Source: Candidatus Eiseniibacteriota bacterium (GTDB lineage: Bacteria > Eisenbacteria > RBG-16-71-46). From it: DNA of 64,000 nucleotides. Shown here piece by piece: positions 1 through 9,886 of this stretch. The notes below the pieces were generated by a model, which saw nothing but the letters and a program-made list of their open reading frames with translations, was not told the DNA's origin and did not search any database. The stretch spans positions 2,950 to 66,949 of the forward strand of contig DASSIN010000061.1 of assembly GCA_035691845.1 (NCBI GenBank), given 5' to 3'. The translations under genes and the position numbers were made by a program. Positions within the stretch are counted from its first letter, which is position 1. Every line of letters begins with the position of its first letter.

Positions 1-406
1 GCGCCGCCGCGTCCTCGCCGCGGCGCGCCACCGTGAACCACGGCCCCGGCACGCCGACGGCCGCGAACCGCTCGCGCATCGCGATCTTGACGCGCGCCGC
101 GCGCACCGCGTCCGGCGGATGATGCGGCAGTTGGAGCCGCTGGCACGCGCGCGCCGCCAGCGCGACGCCGTCGTCGTCGGCCGCGATCACCGCGCCCAGC
201 GGATGCGCGGCCGCGAACCGCAGCACGGTGTCGAGCGCCGCCGGCGCCCCCGGGTCGAGCACCAGGTGCCCATCGGGCTGGAACGCGGCCAGCGCCTGCG
301 AGCGCTCCGAGGCCACGGTGAGCGGAACGCCGAGCGCGCGCGCCGCATCCACGAACGCACCCGCCCGGTAGCTGCGCGTGGTCACGATCAGCAGGACGCG
401 GGGCAT
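1..406 (-). CDS. N-terminal part of an ATP-grasp-like enzyme (partial, runs off window start)
   Basis: The minus-strand reading gives MPRVLLIVTTRSYRAGAFVDAARALGVPLTV...RVKIAMRERFAAVGVPGPWF, which resembles a pre-ATP-grasp domain followed by the K..R..F...G.P.P motif that opens ATP-grasp folds. The ATG is complementary to 404-406. It is not in the track, presumably because no stop lies within the window. Confidence 0.35.
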   Translation of the reverse strand, partial: MPRVLLIVTTRSYRAGAFVDAARALGVPLTVASERSQALAAFQPDGHLVLDPGAPAALDTVLRFAAAHPLGAVIAADDDGVALAARACQRLQLPHHPPDAVRAARVKIAMRERFAAVGVPGPWFTVARRGEDAAA

Positions 407-554
407 CCCGCCAGTCTACCGGAGCGGGCCCGAGGGCGGAGCAGCGAAGCGGGCGCCGATTTGACGCCGGTGCTAGCGTCAAGGCTGGCGTGAGGCAATC
501 GTGCCCACGCCTCAAACCCGCCGGGTGCGATCCGTCCCGGCGCGAGGAGGTTCC

Positions 555-1004
555 ATGCATCCGCGCATGTTCCATGCGCGCGCGTCCCGCTGCGGCTGCG
601 GCGGGCGCTGCGACGCCCCATCCCATCACCATCACTTCAACCCGGGCGAAGAGTCGGGCGCCGGCGGCTTCGGCGTGCGCCGGCCGCTGCGGTTCCTGGC
701 CTGGAAGCTGCGGCTCGACGAGCGGCAGGTGGCCGAACTGGCGCGCGTGCTGAACGAGCTGAAGACCGAGCGCGCGCAGGCGGCGGTGGACGACCGGCGC
801 GCGTTGTCGCTGTTCGCCGACGCGGCGGCGGGCGAAAGCTTCGATCAGGCCAAGGCGGCGGAGGCCGCGAAGCTGCGCGCCCAGAGCGCGGAGCGGCTGC
901 AGGGCAGCGTGGCGCGGTTTCTGGAACGCACCCACGCGACGCTCGATGCCGAGCAGCGCGAGCGGCTGGCGTACCTGATCCGCACCGGAACGCTGGTGCT
1001 GTAG
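555..1004 (+). CDS. Small His-rich protein with two L(D/T)xxQ motifs, possibly a Spy/CpxP/ZraP-like chaperone or metal-binding protein
   Basis: A GAGGAGG Shine-Dalgarno sits 5 nt before the ATG at 555. The protein has a CGCGGRC and HHHH N-terminus and two helices with LDERQ and LDAEQ (LTXXQ-like). No obvious signal peptide. Confidence 0.4.
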   Translation: MHPRMFHARASRCGCGGRCDAPSHHHHFNPGEESGAGGFGVRRPLRFLAWKLRLDERQVAELARVLNELKTERAQAAVDDRRALSLFADAAAGESFDQAKAAEAAKLRAQSAERLQGSVARFLERTHATLDAEQRERLAYLIRTGTLVL

Positions 1005-1103
1005 CGCGGGCGGGGCGGCGCGGTCGCCGCCGCCCCGTTTCTCGCGGCGCAGGATCAGGCGGGCGGGTGGCTTCGCGATGGCCGCCACGCGCCGTGAACG
1101 ACG

Positions 1104-2075
1104 CTATCCCGCGGTCGTTTCGCCGCCGAGCAGCGCCAGCACCTCGCCCGTGACGTAGCTGGAATCGGCCTCCGAGGCGAAGTAGACGTAGGCGGGCGCG
1201 ATCTCCTCGGGCTGGGCGGGGCGCTTCATCGGCACGTCCTGCCCGAATTGCTCGACCTGGTCCGCGTCGCGGTCGGACGGGTTCAGCGGCGTCCACACCG
1301 GGCCCGGCGCCACCGCGTTCACGCGGATGCCGCGCGACACCAGCATCTGCGCCAGCGACTTCGTGAACGCCAGGATCGCGCCCTTGGTGCTGGAGTAGTC
1401 GAGCAGGTGCGCGTCGCCCTCGAGCCCGGTGATCGAGGCGGTGTTGACGATCGCGGCGCCCGGCTCCAGGTGCTGCAGCGCGGCCTTCACCATGTAGAAA
1501 TAGCCGTGGACGTTGGTGCGGAACGTGCGATCCCACTGCGCGAGCGAGATGTCCTCCGGATCGTCGTGCGACTGCTGGAACGCGGCGTTGTTGACGAGCA
1601 CGTGCAGTGCGCCGAGCCGCTCGACGGTGCGCTCAACGGCCTGGCGGCAGAAGTCGGGATCGGAGACGTCGCCCGGCAGCAGCAGCACGTTGCGTCCCTC
1701 CGCCTCGATCGCCTCGCGCGTCTCCTCGGCGTCCTCGGCCTCGACCGGCAGGAACACGATCGCGACGTCGGCACCCTCGCGCGCGAACAGCGTCGCCACC
1801 GCGCGGCCGATGCCGGAATCGCCGCCCGTCACGAGCGCCACCTTGCCTTCGAGCTTGCCGGCGGCGCGGTACTCGGGCGCCTGGTAGCGCGGGCGCGGCC
1901 GCATGCGCGATTCGATCCCGGGCTTGGGCTGATGCTGGGCGGGAAATGGCGGCTCGGGCTCGCGGCGGCGGCGCGGCGCGCGCTCGTGCCGCGCCGGGGT
2001 GCGGCGTGCTCCGGCCGGCGCCGCGGCTGGCGCCGAGGCGGCCCGGGTGGTGCGCGAATGCGTGGTTCGGGGCAT
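1104..2075 (-). CDS. Short-chain dehydrogenase/reductase (YghA/YhxC-like SDR)
   Basis: KLEGKVALVTGGDSGIGRAVA is a Rossmann TGxxxGxG motif. The N-terminus (PQHQPKPGIE..M.P.P..Y) is typical of this SDR subfamily, and the catalytic YxxxK region is present. The start was chosen at the internal M; the track ORF extends to 2171. Confidence 0.75.
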   Translation of the reverse strand: MPRTTHSRTTRAASAPAAAPAGARRTPARHERAPRRRREPEPPFPAQHQPKPGIESRMRPRPRYQAPEYRAAGKLEGKVALVTGGDSGIGRAVATLFAREGADVAIVFLPVEAEDAEETREAIEAEGRNVLLLPGDVSDPDFCRQAVERTVERLGALHVLVNNAAFQQSHDDPEDISLAQWDRTFRTNVHGYFYMVKAALQHLEPGAAIVNTASITGLEGDAHLLDYSSTKGAILAFTKSLAQMLVSRGIRVNAVAPGPVWTPLNPSDRDADQVEQFGQDVPMKRPAQPEEIAPAYVYFASEADSSYVTGEVLALLGGETTAG

Positions 2076-2192
2076 CGGGTCCTCCGCTGTTTCGTGGGCT
2101 CCAGGCGAATGCGCGGGGGGCCGCGCGTGACGTTCTCGATGCCACGTCCGCGGCGGCGCACCCGCCCGCACGCGCCGACGCGCGCGGGCGCT

Positions 2193-3338
2193 TCAGCCCG
2201 CACGTCGGGATTCGGCCACCGCCTCCTCCGCATGGTCATTGCACGCGCGCCCGGCGAGCCAGTCCGACAGCTGCTCCAGACCCTGATCGAGCGACACCTC
2301 GGGCGCGTAGCCCAGCCGGTTCCGGATCGCGGTCAGGTCGGCGGTGCAGTGCCGGATGTCGCTGACGCGGTACCGGCCGGTGATCTCGGGCGTGAGGTCG
2401 GGTCGGCCGAGCGCGCGCGCGAACCGCGTCGCGATCTCGGACACCGTGGCCGCGCGTCCGCTGGCGACGTTGAATGCGCATCCGGGGGCGGCCGGACGCT
2501 CCAGCGCGAGCAGGCACGCGCGCGCCACGTCGCGCACGTGCACGAAGTCCCGCAGCTGGCGACCGTCCTCGTAGATCAGCGGCCGGCTGCCGTTCAGCAG
2601 CCGCGCCGCGAACGCCGCCAGCACGCCGGTGTACGGACTGAACAGCGCCTGGCGCGGGCCGTAGACGTTGAAGAGCCGCAGCACCACGGTCGGAATCCCG
2701 TTCGTGGCGCCCGCCAGCAGCGCGAGCCGCTCCTGGTCGTACTTGGACAGCGCGTACACCGACGACGGCGCCGGCGCCTTGCTCTCGGGGGTCGGCCGCG
2801 GCCGCAGCGGCTCGCCGTCCGGCTCGCGCACGTTCCACTCGCCACGCGCGAGCTGCTCGCGCGTGCGTTCGATCCGCTCCACCGGCCGCCCGGCGGTGTT
2901 CACGTACAGCCCCTCGCCGTAGATGCTCATGCTGGAGGCCACCACCAGCCGGCGGATCGGCCGTCCGGCGAGCGCCTCCAGCAGCACGGCCGTGCCATGG
3001 GTGTTGGCGGACACGTACTCGGCGATCTCGAACCGGCTCTGCCGCACGCCGACGCGCGCCGCCAGGTGCACCACCGCGGACACACCCTCGAGCGCGCTGC
3101 GCACCGCGACGGGGTCGCGCACGTCCCCCACCCGCAGCTCGGCCCTGGGGTGCAGGTGCTCGGGGCGCGTGGCGCGGTGGCCGTGCACCTGCGCCACCAG
3201 CGCGTCCAGCACGCGCACGCGCGCGCCGCGCGCGATCAGCGCGTCGGTCACGTGGGAGCCGATGAATCCGGCCCCTCCGGTGACGAGCACGAGTCTCGGA
3301 TCCGCATGTCGGTCGTTGGGGATGCTCGGCATCGCCAT
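2193..3338 (-). CDS. NAD-dependent epimerase/dehydratase (UDP-sugar 4-epimerase family)
   Basis: LVLVTGGAGFIGSH is an extended-SDR GxxGxxG motif; the catalytic S...YxxxK region is present. It is co-oriented directly downstream of the UXS-like gene. Confidence 0.75.
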   Translation of the reverse strand: MAMPSIPNDRHADPRLVLVTGGAGFIGSHVTDALIARGARVRVLDALVAQVHGHRATRPEHLHPRAELRVGDVRDPVAVRSALEGVSAVVHLAARVGVRQSRFEIAEYVSANTHGTAVLLEALAGRPIRRLVVASSMSIYGEGLYVNTAGRPVERIERTREQLARGEWNVREPDGEPLRPRPTPESKAPAPSSVYALSKYDQERLALLAGATNGIPTVVLRLFNVYGPRQALFSPYTGVLAAFAARLLNGSRPLIYEDGRQLRDFVHVRDVARACLLALERPAAPGCAFNVASGRAATVSEIATRFARALGRPDLTPEITGRYRVSDIRHCTADLTAIRNRLGYAPEVSLDQGLEQLSDWLAGRACNDHAEEAVAESRRAG

Positions 3339-3350
3339 CCTCCTTGCGGT

Positions 3351-4466
3351 TCAGGGCGCGGGCGAGCGCCACCCGTTGCGATGGGAACCGTCGCGGACGC
3401 CGGCGGGCGCGAGGCGCGCGACCTCGATCGGACCGTCGGCGTCCACGCCGTCGACGGCGGATGCGGCGCGCGGGTCGCCCCCGGCCGCCAGCACCTGGCG
3501 GAACCAGGCGATCGTCCGCCGCAGGCCCTCTTCGACCGGAACGCGTGGCGCCCATCCCAGCATGCGCGACGCCAGCGTGATGTCGGGACGGCGCAGGCGC
3601 GGGTCGTCGACGGGCAGCGGCCCATGCACGATCGGCACCTCCGCACCCGTCAGGCGGCGCACCATGCGCGCCAGCTCCAGCACGGAATGCTCGACCGGGT
3701 TGCCGAGGTTGACGGGACCGGTGCACGCGCCCTGCATCATTCGGCGCACGCCCTCCACCAGATCGTCGACGTACTGGAACGAGCGCGTCTGGCTGCCGTC
3801 GCCGTAGATGGTGAGCGGGCGCCCGGTGAGCGCCTGCAGGATGAAGTTGACGACCACGCGCCCGTCGTCCACGCGCATGCGCGGGCCGTAGGTGTTGAAG
3901 ATCCGGATCACGCGCACCGGCACCTCGTGGGCGCGGTGGTAGGCCAGCGCCATGGCCTCGGCGTAGCGCTTGCCCTCGTCGTACACGCTGCGCGGCCCCA
4001 CCGGGTTCACGTGGCCCCAGTAGCTCTCGCGCTGCGGATGCTCGTGCGAATCGCCGTACACCTCGCTGGTGCTGGCCAGCAGGAACGCGGCGCGCTTGCG
4101 GCGCGCGAGCTGCAGCAGCTGGAACGTGCCCTCGGCGTTGCTGCGCAGCGTGTGGACCGGATGCGCCAGGTACTTGGGCGGCGACGCCGGGCTCGCGAAG
4201 TGCAGCAGCCAGTCGAGCCGGCCGGGCTCCTCCAGCGGCTCGACCACGTCGTGCTCGTGGAAGGTGAAGCGCGGGTGGTCTGCGAATCGTTCGAGGTTCG
4301 AGCGGTCGCCGGTGAGGAAGTTGTCGACGCCGACCACGTCCCAGCCCTCGCCGAGCAGGCGCGCCACGAGGTGGCTGCCGATGAACCCCGCCGCGCCGGC
4401 CACCAGGGCGCGCCGGCGTCCGGGGTGCGATCCATTGGGGCTGGGAGCTGCCGGGCGCTCGCTCAT
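3351..4466 (-). CDS. UDP-glucuronate decarboxylase (UDP-xylose synthase, UXS/ArnA-decarboxylase-like)
   Basis: [38 protein letters not shown]...[11 protein letters not shown] closely follows the UXS family signature DNFFTG..N..H and IRHDV.EP. Confidence 0.75.
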   Translation of the reverse strand: MSERPAAPSPNGSHPGRRRALVAGAAGFIGSHLVARLLGEGWDVVGVDNFLTGDRSNLERFADHPRFTFHEHDVVEPLEEPGRLDWLLHFASPASPPKYLAHPVHTLRSNAEGTFQLLQLARRKRAAFLLASTSEVYGDSHEHPQRESYWGHVNPVGPRSVYDEGKRYAEAMALAYHRAHEVPVRVIRIFNTYGPRMRVDDGRVVVNFILQALTGRPLTIYGDGSQTRSFQYVDDLVEGVRRMMQGACTGPVNLGNPVEHSVLELARMVRRLTGAEVPIVHGPLPVDDPRLRRPDITLASRMLGWAPRVPVEEGLRRTIAWFRQVLAAGGDPRAASAVDGVDADGPIEVARLAPAGVRDGSHRNGWRSPAP

Positions 4467-5072
4467 CGGCTTCGACCCATCGGCCAGGGATCAACGCGCA
4501 TCGCCATTCCACCGATCCGTCGCAGCCGTCCCCTGCGGGGCGCGGACGGCACCGTCACGTGGGTCTGATGAATGGATCCCTCCCAACGGACCAAGCTATT
4601 TGGGCTCAATGGCTTGAACGATTCTCCCGTCCTTGGACAACAGTGGTGGAAACGCGCGTATTCTCATACGTGTCGCACGTGCTCCACCGGCGCCACGCCG
4701 GGGGCGTTCCCGGGCCATGCCACGCGCGGGAGCGGGCGACGCGCAACTCCAGAAACGAGTGCGACCGGACGATGACAGAGAGGGGAGGGTGCGAGGCGCA
4801 ACGGAGCGGTTGCTCCGCTGTCGGTGTAGTTCCATTCCGGCCGGCAGGCGCCGGATGGACGTTCGCAGGCGCCGCGCGCATTTCCAGAATCTGCAAGCCT
4901 GGAGGGGTGAGCTGTCATCAAATGAAGCACTCACCCGTAACCCGCGCGCGGACACACGGATGACCTCGCGGCACCCTCATTGCCAATGACCGAACCGACT
5001 CGCGGACGCGGCGACCTCGCCACGTTCCCTCCCATCGCTGCGCTGCGCACTGGCTTCGTGCGGCTCCAGCCC

Positions 5073-8000
5073 ATGATGGCCGGCACCCGCTTCCACATGA
5101 AGCAGGCGGTCGAGCTGTCGCGTCGCACGCCCACCTGGGCGTGGGCCGTGATCACGCTGCTGCTGCTGTGCGCCGAGGGATGGCACGAGTACGAGACCTC
5201 CGCGATCCAGTCGCGGCTGCTGTCGCAACTGGCGGCGCGCGTGTCGTACACGGTCGAGCCCGGCCCGAGCCCGACGATCGTGCTGCCGCAGCAGGGCCCG
5301 CTCGACGAGCGCCGCGGCTACGCGCGCATCGACGAGTTCGCCCGCCGGCTGGCGAAGCAGGGGTTCCGGCTCACCGAGCAGGCGCGGTTCTCCCCCATGC
5401 TGGCCCAGCTCGCGAAGTGGAAGGTGCCGCCTCCCTACCGCGAGAAGGCGGCGGCCGGGCTCGTCATTCGCGGGCGCGGCGGCGACACGTTGTTCGACGC
5501 CGTGCCGCACGACGGGCTCTACCAGCGCTACGACAACATTCCGCCGCTGGTGGTGAACACGCTGCTCTACATCGAGAACCGGAAGCTCGGCGGCGACGAC
5601 AGCCCGTCGGCCAACCCGGCCGTGGACTGGGGCCGGTCGGCGAAGGCGGGGCTGCTGTACGCCGGCAGCCGCATCGGGCTCCCGACGCGGATCGAGGGCG
5701 GCAGCACGCTCGCCGTGCAGCTCGAGAAGTACCGCCATTCCGGCGCGGGTCAGACGCACTCCGGCGTCGACAAGCTGCGGCAGATCTTCGCCGCCTCGCT
5801 GCGCGCCTATCGCGACGGCCCCGACACGCGCGTCGAGCGGCGCCGGATCGTGCTCGACTACCTGAACACCATGCCGCTCGCCGCCTCGGCCGGCCACGGC
5901 GAGGTCGAGGGCCTGCGCGACGGACTGCGCGTGTGGTTCGGTCTCGATCCCGACCAGGTGGGCCGCGACCTGCGACAGACCGACGACACGCCCGCCAAGG
6001 CGCGCGCCTACAAGCACACGCTGGCGCTGCTGTACGCGGTGCGCGCGCCCAGCGACCTGCTGGTGCACGATCGCGCGTCGCTCGAGGCGCGCATCGACAA
6101 CTACACGCGGCTGCTCGAGGCGGCGGGGCTCGTGAGCCACGACCTGGCGCAGGCCGTGCGCGAGACACCGCTCCGATTCGCGGACGCGGCGCAGGTGGCG
6201 AGCACCGATCCCGACAAGCCCACCTCGCGCGAGTACAAGGCCGAGAACGCGCTGCGCCGCGAGCTGGCGAACCTGCTCGACGTGCCCAGCTACTACGACC
6301 TGAACCGCCTCGATCTGCGCGCCGAGACCAGCATCGACGTGGCGCTGCAGGACTCGGTCGAGCAGACGTTCGCGCGGCTCGCCTCGCCCGAGTTCGTGGC
6401 CGCGCACGGCCTGATGGGCGAGCACCTGCTGCCGAGCGGCGATCCCTCCAAGGTGATCTACAGCATGCTGCTGTACGACGTCACGCCCGACGGCGACGTC
6501 GAGCGCGTGCACACCGACAACCTGCACGGCCCGTTCGACGTGAACGAGGACATGAAGATGGAGCTCGGCTCGACGGCCAAGCTCCGCACCCTCGCCCACT
6601 ACCTCGAGATCGTGAGCCAGCTCCACCAGGAGCTGTCGCCGCTCAAGCCCGACAGCCTGCGGGTGGTCGCGCGCGACGGCAGGGACGAGCTGACGCGCTG
6701 GGCGGCGGGCACGCTGCTCGATCGTCCGGGAGCGCCGCTCGATTCGCTGCTGGAGTGGTCGCTGGACCGCACCTATTCGGCCAGCCCCTACGAGCAGTTC
6801 TTCACCGGCGGCGGCGTGCACTCGTTCGAGAACTTCGATGCCGACGACAACCACCGCATCGTGACGGTGCGCGAGGCGGTGGCGCGCTCGGTCAATCTCG
6901 CGTTCATCCGGCTGATGCGCGACGTCGTGCGCTGGCACGAGGCGCGGCTCCCCTACGACGCCGACGCCGTGCTGGACAACCCCGACCATCCGCTGCGCCA
7001 CAAGATGCTGCTCGAGGCGGCCGACGAGGAATCGCGGCAGATCCTGGCCAAGTCGTGGAAGAGCTACCGCGGCCTCGCGCCCGCCCAGGTGGTGAACGCG
7101 CTGCTCGGCAGCCGCGCGACCGCGATCCGCTCGCGCGCGGTGCTGTACTTCGCATGGCACCCCGGCGCGAGCGCCGCGGACCTGCAGCGCGACCTGGGCC
7201 CCGGCTTCCACGGCGTGCCGCCCGACGTGTGGCCCAAGCTGGCGGCGAAATACGCCAGGCCCGAATTCACGCTGCTCGACTACGCCTACCTGCTCGGCCG
7301 CCATCCGCTCGACGTGTGGTGCGCGGGCGCCATGGCGCGCGACTCGAGCCTGAAGTGGAGCGCGCTCGTGCAGCAGAGCGCCCCGGCGCGCGCGCTGGCC
7401 TCGCAGTGGCTGCTCGAGCCCAAGCACGTCGGCGCCCAGAACCTGCGACTGCGGATCATGATCGAGCGCGACGCGTTCGAGGCGATGACGCCCGCGTGGC
7501 GTCGGCTCGGGTTCCCGTTCGCGCACCTGGTGCCCTCCTACGCCACCGCGATCGGCAGCTCGGGCGACCGCCCCGCGGCGCTGGCCGAGCTGATGGGCAT
7601 CATCGTGCACGGCGGCACGCGCCAGCAGGCGCCGCGCCTGCGCCAGGTGGCGTTCGCGCCCGGCACGCCGTACGAGACGGCGTTCGAGGCCAGTCCCGTG
7701 ACCGAGGAGCGGCTGATGTCGCCGCAGATCGCGGCCGCGATGCGCCGCGTGCTGCTGGGCCCCGTGGACCACGGCACCGCCGTGCGGCTGAAGGACGTGT
7801 TCCTGGCGCCCGATTCCACCGCGCTCGCCGTGGGCGGCAAGACCGGCTCGGGCGACAACCGCTTCGAAACGTTCGCCAAGGGCGGGCGGTTGATCTCGTC
7901 CAAGGCGGTGAGTCGCACGGCCGCGTTCGTGTTCTACCTGGGGCCCAAGCACTACGGCGTGATCACCGCCGGCGTGTTCGGGCCCGAGGCCGAGCACTAC

Positions 8001-8663
8001 GTGTTCACGAGCGCGCTGCCGCTGGCGGTGATGCGGATCATGGCGCCCGCGATCCAGCAGCGGCTGCTGGGCGAGCCGCGCCGCACGCCCGAGCTGCAGC
8101 CGAGCATGGCGGCGCTGACGCCGGCGGCCAAGGACAGCGCCGGCGCCCCCGTCACGCACACGGCGACGCCCGGCGACTCGCAGGCGCAGACCCGCGCCCG
8201 CACCGTGACCCCCGACAGCGTGCGTCCCGCGCGGCCCGCCGAGACGCCGGCGCCCGCGCGCGTGCACGTGGCCGCCGACACCGCCGCGCCCGCGCGCGAG
8301 CGCGCGCCGGAGATCACGCGCGAGCGCGTGGCGACGACCGAGGAGACGCGTGGGCGCACGCCCGAAGTGTCGCGCGCCCACGTGGCGAGCGAGACCACCG
8401 AAGCCTCGCGCACGCGCACCGGCGGCGAGCGCGAGCCGGCGCGCAGCGTGCAGGCCGCGCCGGAGAATCGCGGCCACGAAGCCTCCGTGCCGGCCGCGTC
8501 ACGTCCGCGGATGCGCGTGTGGACGAATCCCGAACCGACCCGGGTCGGGACGCATGCGGTGCCGAAGACGCACGTCACGCGCCCCGCACCCGCCGTCCGG
8601 GACTCCGCCCGCCGGCGCGTGCGCCCGCTGCATCACGCCCCGGAAGGGCCCGTCGAGGCCTGA
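5073..8663 (+). CDS. Class-A penicillin-binding-protein-like (divergent GT51 transglycosylase plus transpeptidase) with a ~250-aa low-complexity C-terminal tail
   Basis: N-terminal TM helix (WAWAVITLLLLCAEGW). GT51-like motifs: LLYIENRKLGG, RIEGGSTLAVQLEKY (compare GxSTITQQ) and RRRIVLDYLNTMPL. Transpeptidase motifs: STAK (SxxK) and VGGKTGSGDN (KTG). The C-terminus is T/R/A/E/P-rich. The start is ambiguous among 5073, 5076 and 5097. Confidence 0.6.
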   Translation: MMAGTRFHMKQAVELSRRTPTWAWAVITLLLLCAEGWHEYETSAIQSRLLSQLAARVSYTVEPGPSPTIVLPQQGPLDERRGYARIDEFARRLAKQGFRLTEQARFSPMLAQLAKWKVPPPYREKAAAGLVIRGRGGDTLFDAVPHDGLYQRYDNIPPLVVNTLLYIENRKLGGDDSPSANPAVDWGRSAKAGLLYAGSRIGLPTRIEGGSTLAVQLEKYRHSGAGQTHSGVDKLRQIFAASLRAYRDGPDTRVERRRIVLDYLNTMPLAASAGHGEVEGLRDGLRVWFGLDPDQVGRDLRQTDDTPAKARAYKHTLALLYAVRAPSDLLVHDRASLEARIDNYTRLLEAAGLVSHDLAQAVRETPLRFADAAQVASTDPDKPTSREYKAENALRRELANLLDVPSYYDLNRLDLRAETSIDVALQDSVEQTFARLASPEFVAAHGLMGEHLLPSGDPSKVIYSMLLYDVTPDGDVERVHTDNLHGPFDVNEDMKMELGSTAKLRTLAHYLEIVSQLHQELSPLKPDSLRVVARDGRDELTRWAAGTLLDRPGAPLDSLLEWSLDRTYSASPYEQFFTGGGVHSFENFDADDNHRIVTVREAVARSVNLAFIRLMRDVVRWHEARLPYDADAVLDNPDHPLRHKMLLEAADEESRQILAKSWKSYRGLAPAQVVNALLGSRATAIRSRAVLYFAWHPGASAADLQRDLGPGFHGVPPDVWPKLAAKYARPEFTLLDYAYLLGRHPLDVWCAGAMARDSSLKWSALVQQSAPARALASQWLLEPKHVGAQNLRLRIMIERDAFEAMTPAWRRLGFPFAHLVPSYATAIGSSGDRPAALAELMGIIVHGGTRQQAPRLRQVAFAPGTPYETAFEASPVTEERLMSPQIAAAMRRVLLGPVDHGTAVRLKDVFLAPDSTALAVGGKTGSGDNRFETFAKGGRLISSKAVSRTAAFVFYLGPKHYGVITAGVFGPEAEHYVFTSALPLAVMRIMAPAIQQRLLGEPRRTPELQPSMAALTPAAKDSAGAPVTHTATPGDSQAQTRARTVTPDSVRPARPAETPAPARVHVAADTAAPARERAPEITRERVATTEETRGRTPEVSRAHVASETTEASRTRTGGEREPARSVQAAPENRGHEASVPAASRPRMRVWTNPEPTRVGTHAVPKTHVTRPAPAVRDSARRRVRPLHHAPEGPVEA

Positions 8664-8782
8664 CCCGCCGCCCATCGCCGCCAACGTGCGCGTCCTCACG
8701 GGGTCGCGCGGCGTCCAACCCTTGTGGCCCCGAGCCGGCTGACGCCGGTTCCCGAAGTGAGCCCGCAGGCGGCGAGGTCGGC

Positions 8783-9028
8783 ATGGTGTTCGACAAGTGC
8801 GTTTCGTGTGGCGTGATCTCGCCCGAGAGCGAGTACTGCCCGGCGTGCGGCAAGGCGAAGAAGAAGTGGTGCCCGCGCTGCGGCCGCTGGCAGGCCGCGT
8901 GGTACTCGACGATGGAGATGGACGATCCCAGCGAGAGCCAGGAGACCATCTCGCAGTACCAGGCCGAGGCGCAGTTCTGCCCCGACTGCGGCTGGGAGCT
9001 GCAGGCCAAGTCGGCCCCGCACGAGTGA
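8783..9028 (+). CDS. Small zinc-ribbon protein with four CxxC pairs
   Basis: ATG at 8783 with a GAGG 6 nt upstream. The 81-aa protein has CVSC, CPAC, CPRC and CPDC spaced as two rubredoxin-like knuckles. In the track it is embedded in the artefactual long ORF 5141..9028. Confidence 0.5.
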   Translation: MVFDKCVSCGVISPESEYCPACGKAKKKWCPRCGRWQAAWYSTMEMDDPSESQETISQYQAEAQFCPDCGWELQAKSAPHE

Positions 9029-9053
9029 CGGCGAGGGGCGATCGCCCGCTCCG

Positions 9054-9467
9054 CTACGCCTCGGCGGTGTAATTGGCCTCGAGCCAGTACGCGCGCACGC
9101 GCTCGATCAGCTCGCGCAATTCGCGCTCGTTCCCGGGCCGCGGCACCACGCTGTTGACGCCGGCGTCGTACAGCTCGCCGACCCGGTCCTGATCGCGGTC
9201 GGTGGCGAGCGCGACCAGCGGCGTGCGCCGCAGGCGGTCGTCGGAGCGCAGCGCCGCCGCGATCTCCGCCGCGCCGGCATCCGTCGCGACGTCGAGGATC
9301 ACCACGGCCGGAACGACATCGAGCTGGTCCATGCAGCGCAGCAACCCCTCGACCGCACGCGCCGGCGGCGCGCCGCTGACGGACGGCAGCATCTCGCTCC
9401 CGAGCACGGTGCTGTCCAACCCGTCGCGGGAACTCGTAATCAGAAAAGGCCTGGCGCCGATCGACAT
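9054..9467 (-). CDS. Response-regulator receiver-like domain protein (atypical, N-terminally truncated)
   Basis: VVILDVATDAGAAEIAAALRSDD....PLVALATDRD....YDAGVNSVVPRP matches the central and C-terminal receiver pattern (D...T...K-like). The acidic DD pocket is not evident. The upstream part of the track ORF (9054..9866) is the translation of the tRNA-derived repeat. Confidence 0.45.
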   Translation of the reverse strand: MSIGARPFLITSSRDGLDSTVLGSEMLPSVSGAPPARAVEGLLRCMDQLDVVPAVVILDVATDAGAAEIAAALRSDDRLRRTPLVALATDRDQDRVGELYDAGVNSVVPRPGNERELRELIERVRAYWLEANYTAEA

Positions 9468-9655
9468 CGCATCCCCCGGGGACTTGGTAGATGCGACCGC
9501 ACACACCCCCGGTGCCGGCGTCATCGGCATCGAACCGACACCCCTGGGTGGATGCCCCCGATCGTCGCAGGCGACGTGACCGCGATCCGTCGAATCCGGA
9601 GCGCGCGACGGCGACGAGCCCGCTCGGCGCCATCCGCCCTCACGATCCCTCGCGC

Positions 9656-9715
9656 GACAACATGCCGGGAGCAGGAGTCGAACCTGCACGGGGTTTCCCC
9701 CGACGGATTTTAAGT
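9656..9715. repeat. 60-bp direct repeat (att-left), equal to the 3' part of tRNA-Leu from the anticodon loop to the 3' end
   Basis: The sequence GACAACATGCCGGGAGCAGGAGTCGAACCTGCACGGGGTTTCCCCCGACGGATTTTAAGT is identical to 17455-17514. Sequence 5' of it on the minus strand diverges, so this is a partial tRNA copy. Confidence 0.85.
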
Positions 9716-9886
9716 TCCAGTGACGCCAAAGAACCACCGGATACCACCGGGCACTAGTGGCCACAACCGCCCGAGACCGCAACGTCCAACACGCGCGCCG
9801 CGTGACGCTCGCGACTGGCGCTGTCCGATGCTCTCGCCACGCAGACCGCCACACAGACCGCCACACGGGCGCGCCAAGGCTCGCTA

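Noticed and set aside
1248-4568. Very long ORFs in the six-frame track that overlap real genes on the other strand or frame (1248..4568 +, 2236..4512 -, 4977..8477 -, 5141..9028 +, 19443..21248 -, 21868..24537 +, 28095..30329 -, 30561..33518 -, 30626..34612 +, 37236..38855 -, 38712..40508 +, 41103..42737 -, 43880..46774 -, 47975..50170 -, 57068..58876 +, 58645..60411 +, 60905..63952 -, and others)
   Set aside because: High GC depletes stop codons in non-coding frames. The translations are Arg/Ala/Pro/Gly-rich low complexity with no motifs, while the overlapping frame carries clear conserved enzyme motifs. Useful sub-segments (zinc ribbon at 8783, actA, PrsW, M10 protease) were extracted from them.
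4560-4980. Possible RNase P RNA, 6S, tmRNA or riboswitch in the AT-richer intergenic region
   Set aside because: None of the conserved primary-sequence blocks I can recall (for example the RNase P P4 region, the tmRNA tag reading frame, SRP domain IV) are recognisable. Kept only as a generic regulatory-region observation.
9036-9047. Perfect 12-bp palindrome GGGCGATCGCCC between the convergent zinc-ribbon and receiver genes, considered as a terminator
   Set aside because: No loop and no U-tract; too weak to call. It may still act as a bidirectional attenuator.
9054-9866. The peptide NLKSVGGNPVQVRLLLPACC appears in two track ORFs (9054..9866 and 17276..17530)
   Set aside because: It is the translation of the tRNA-Leu-derived 60-bp repeat, not a protein repeat.
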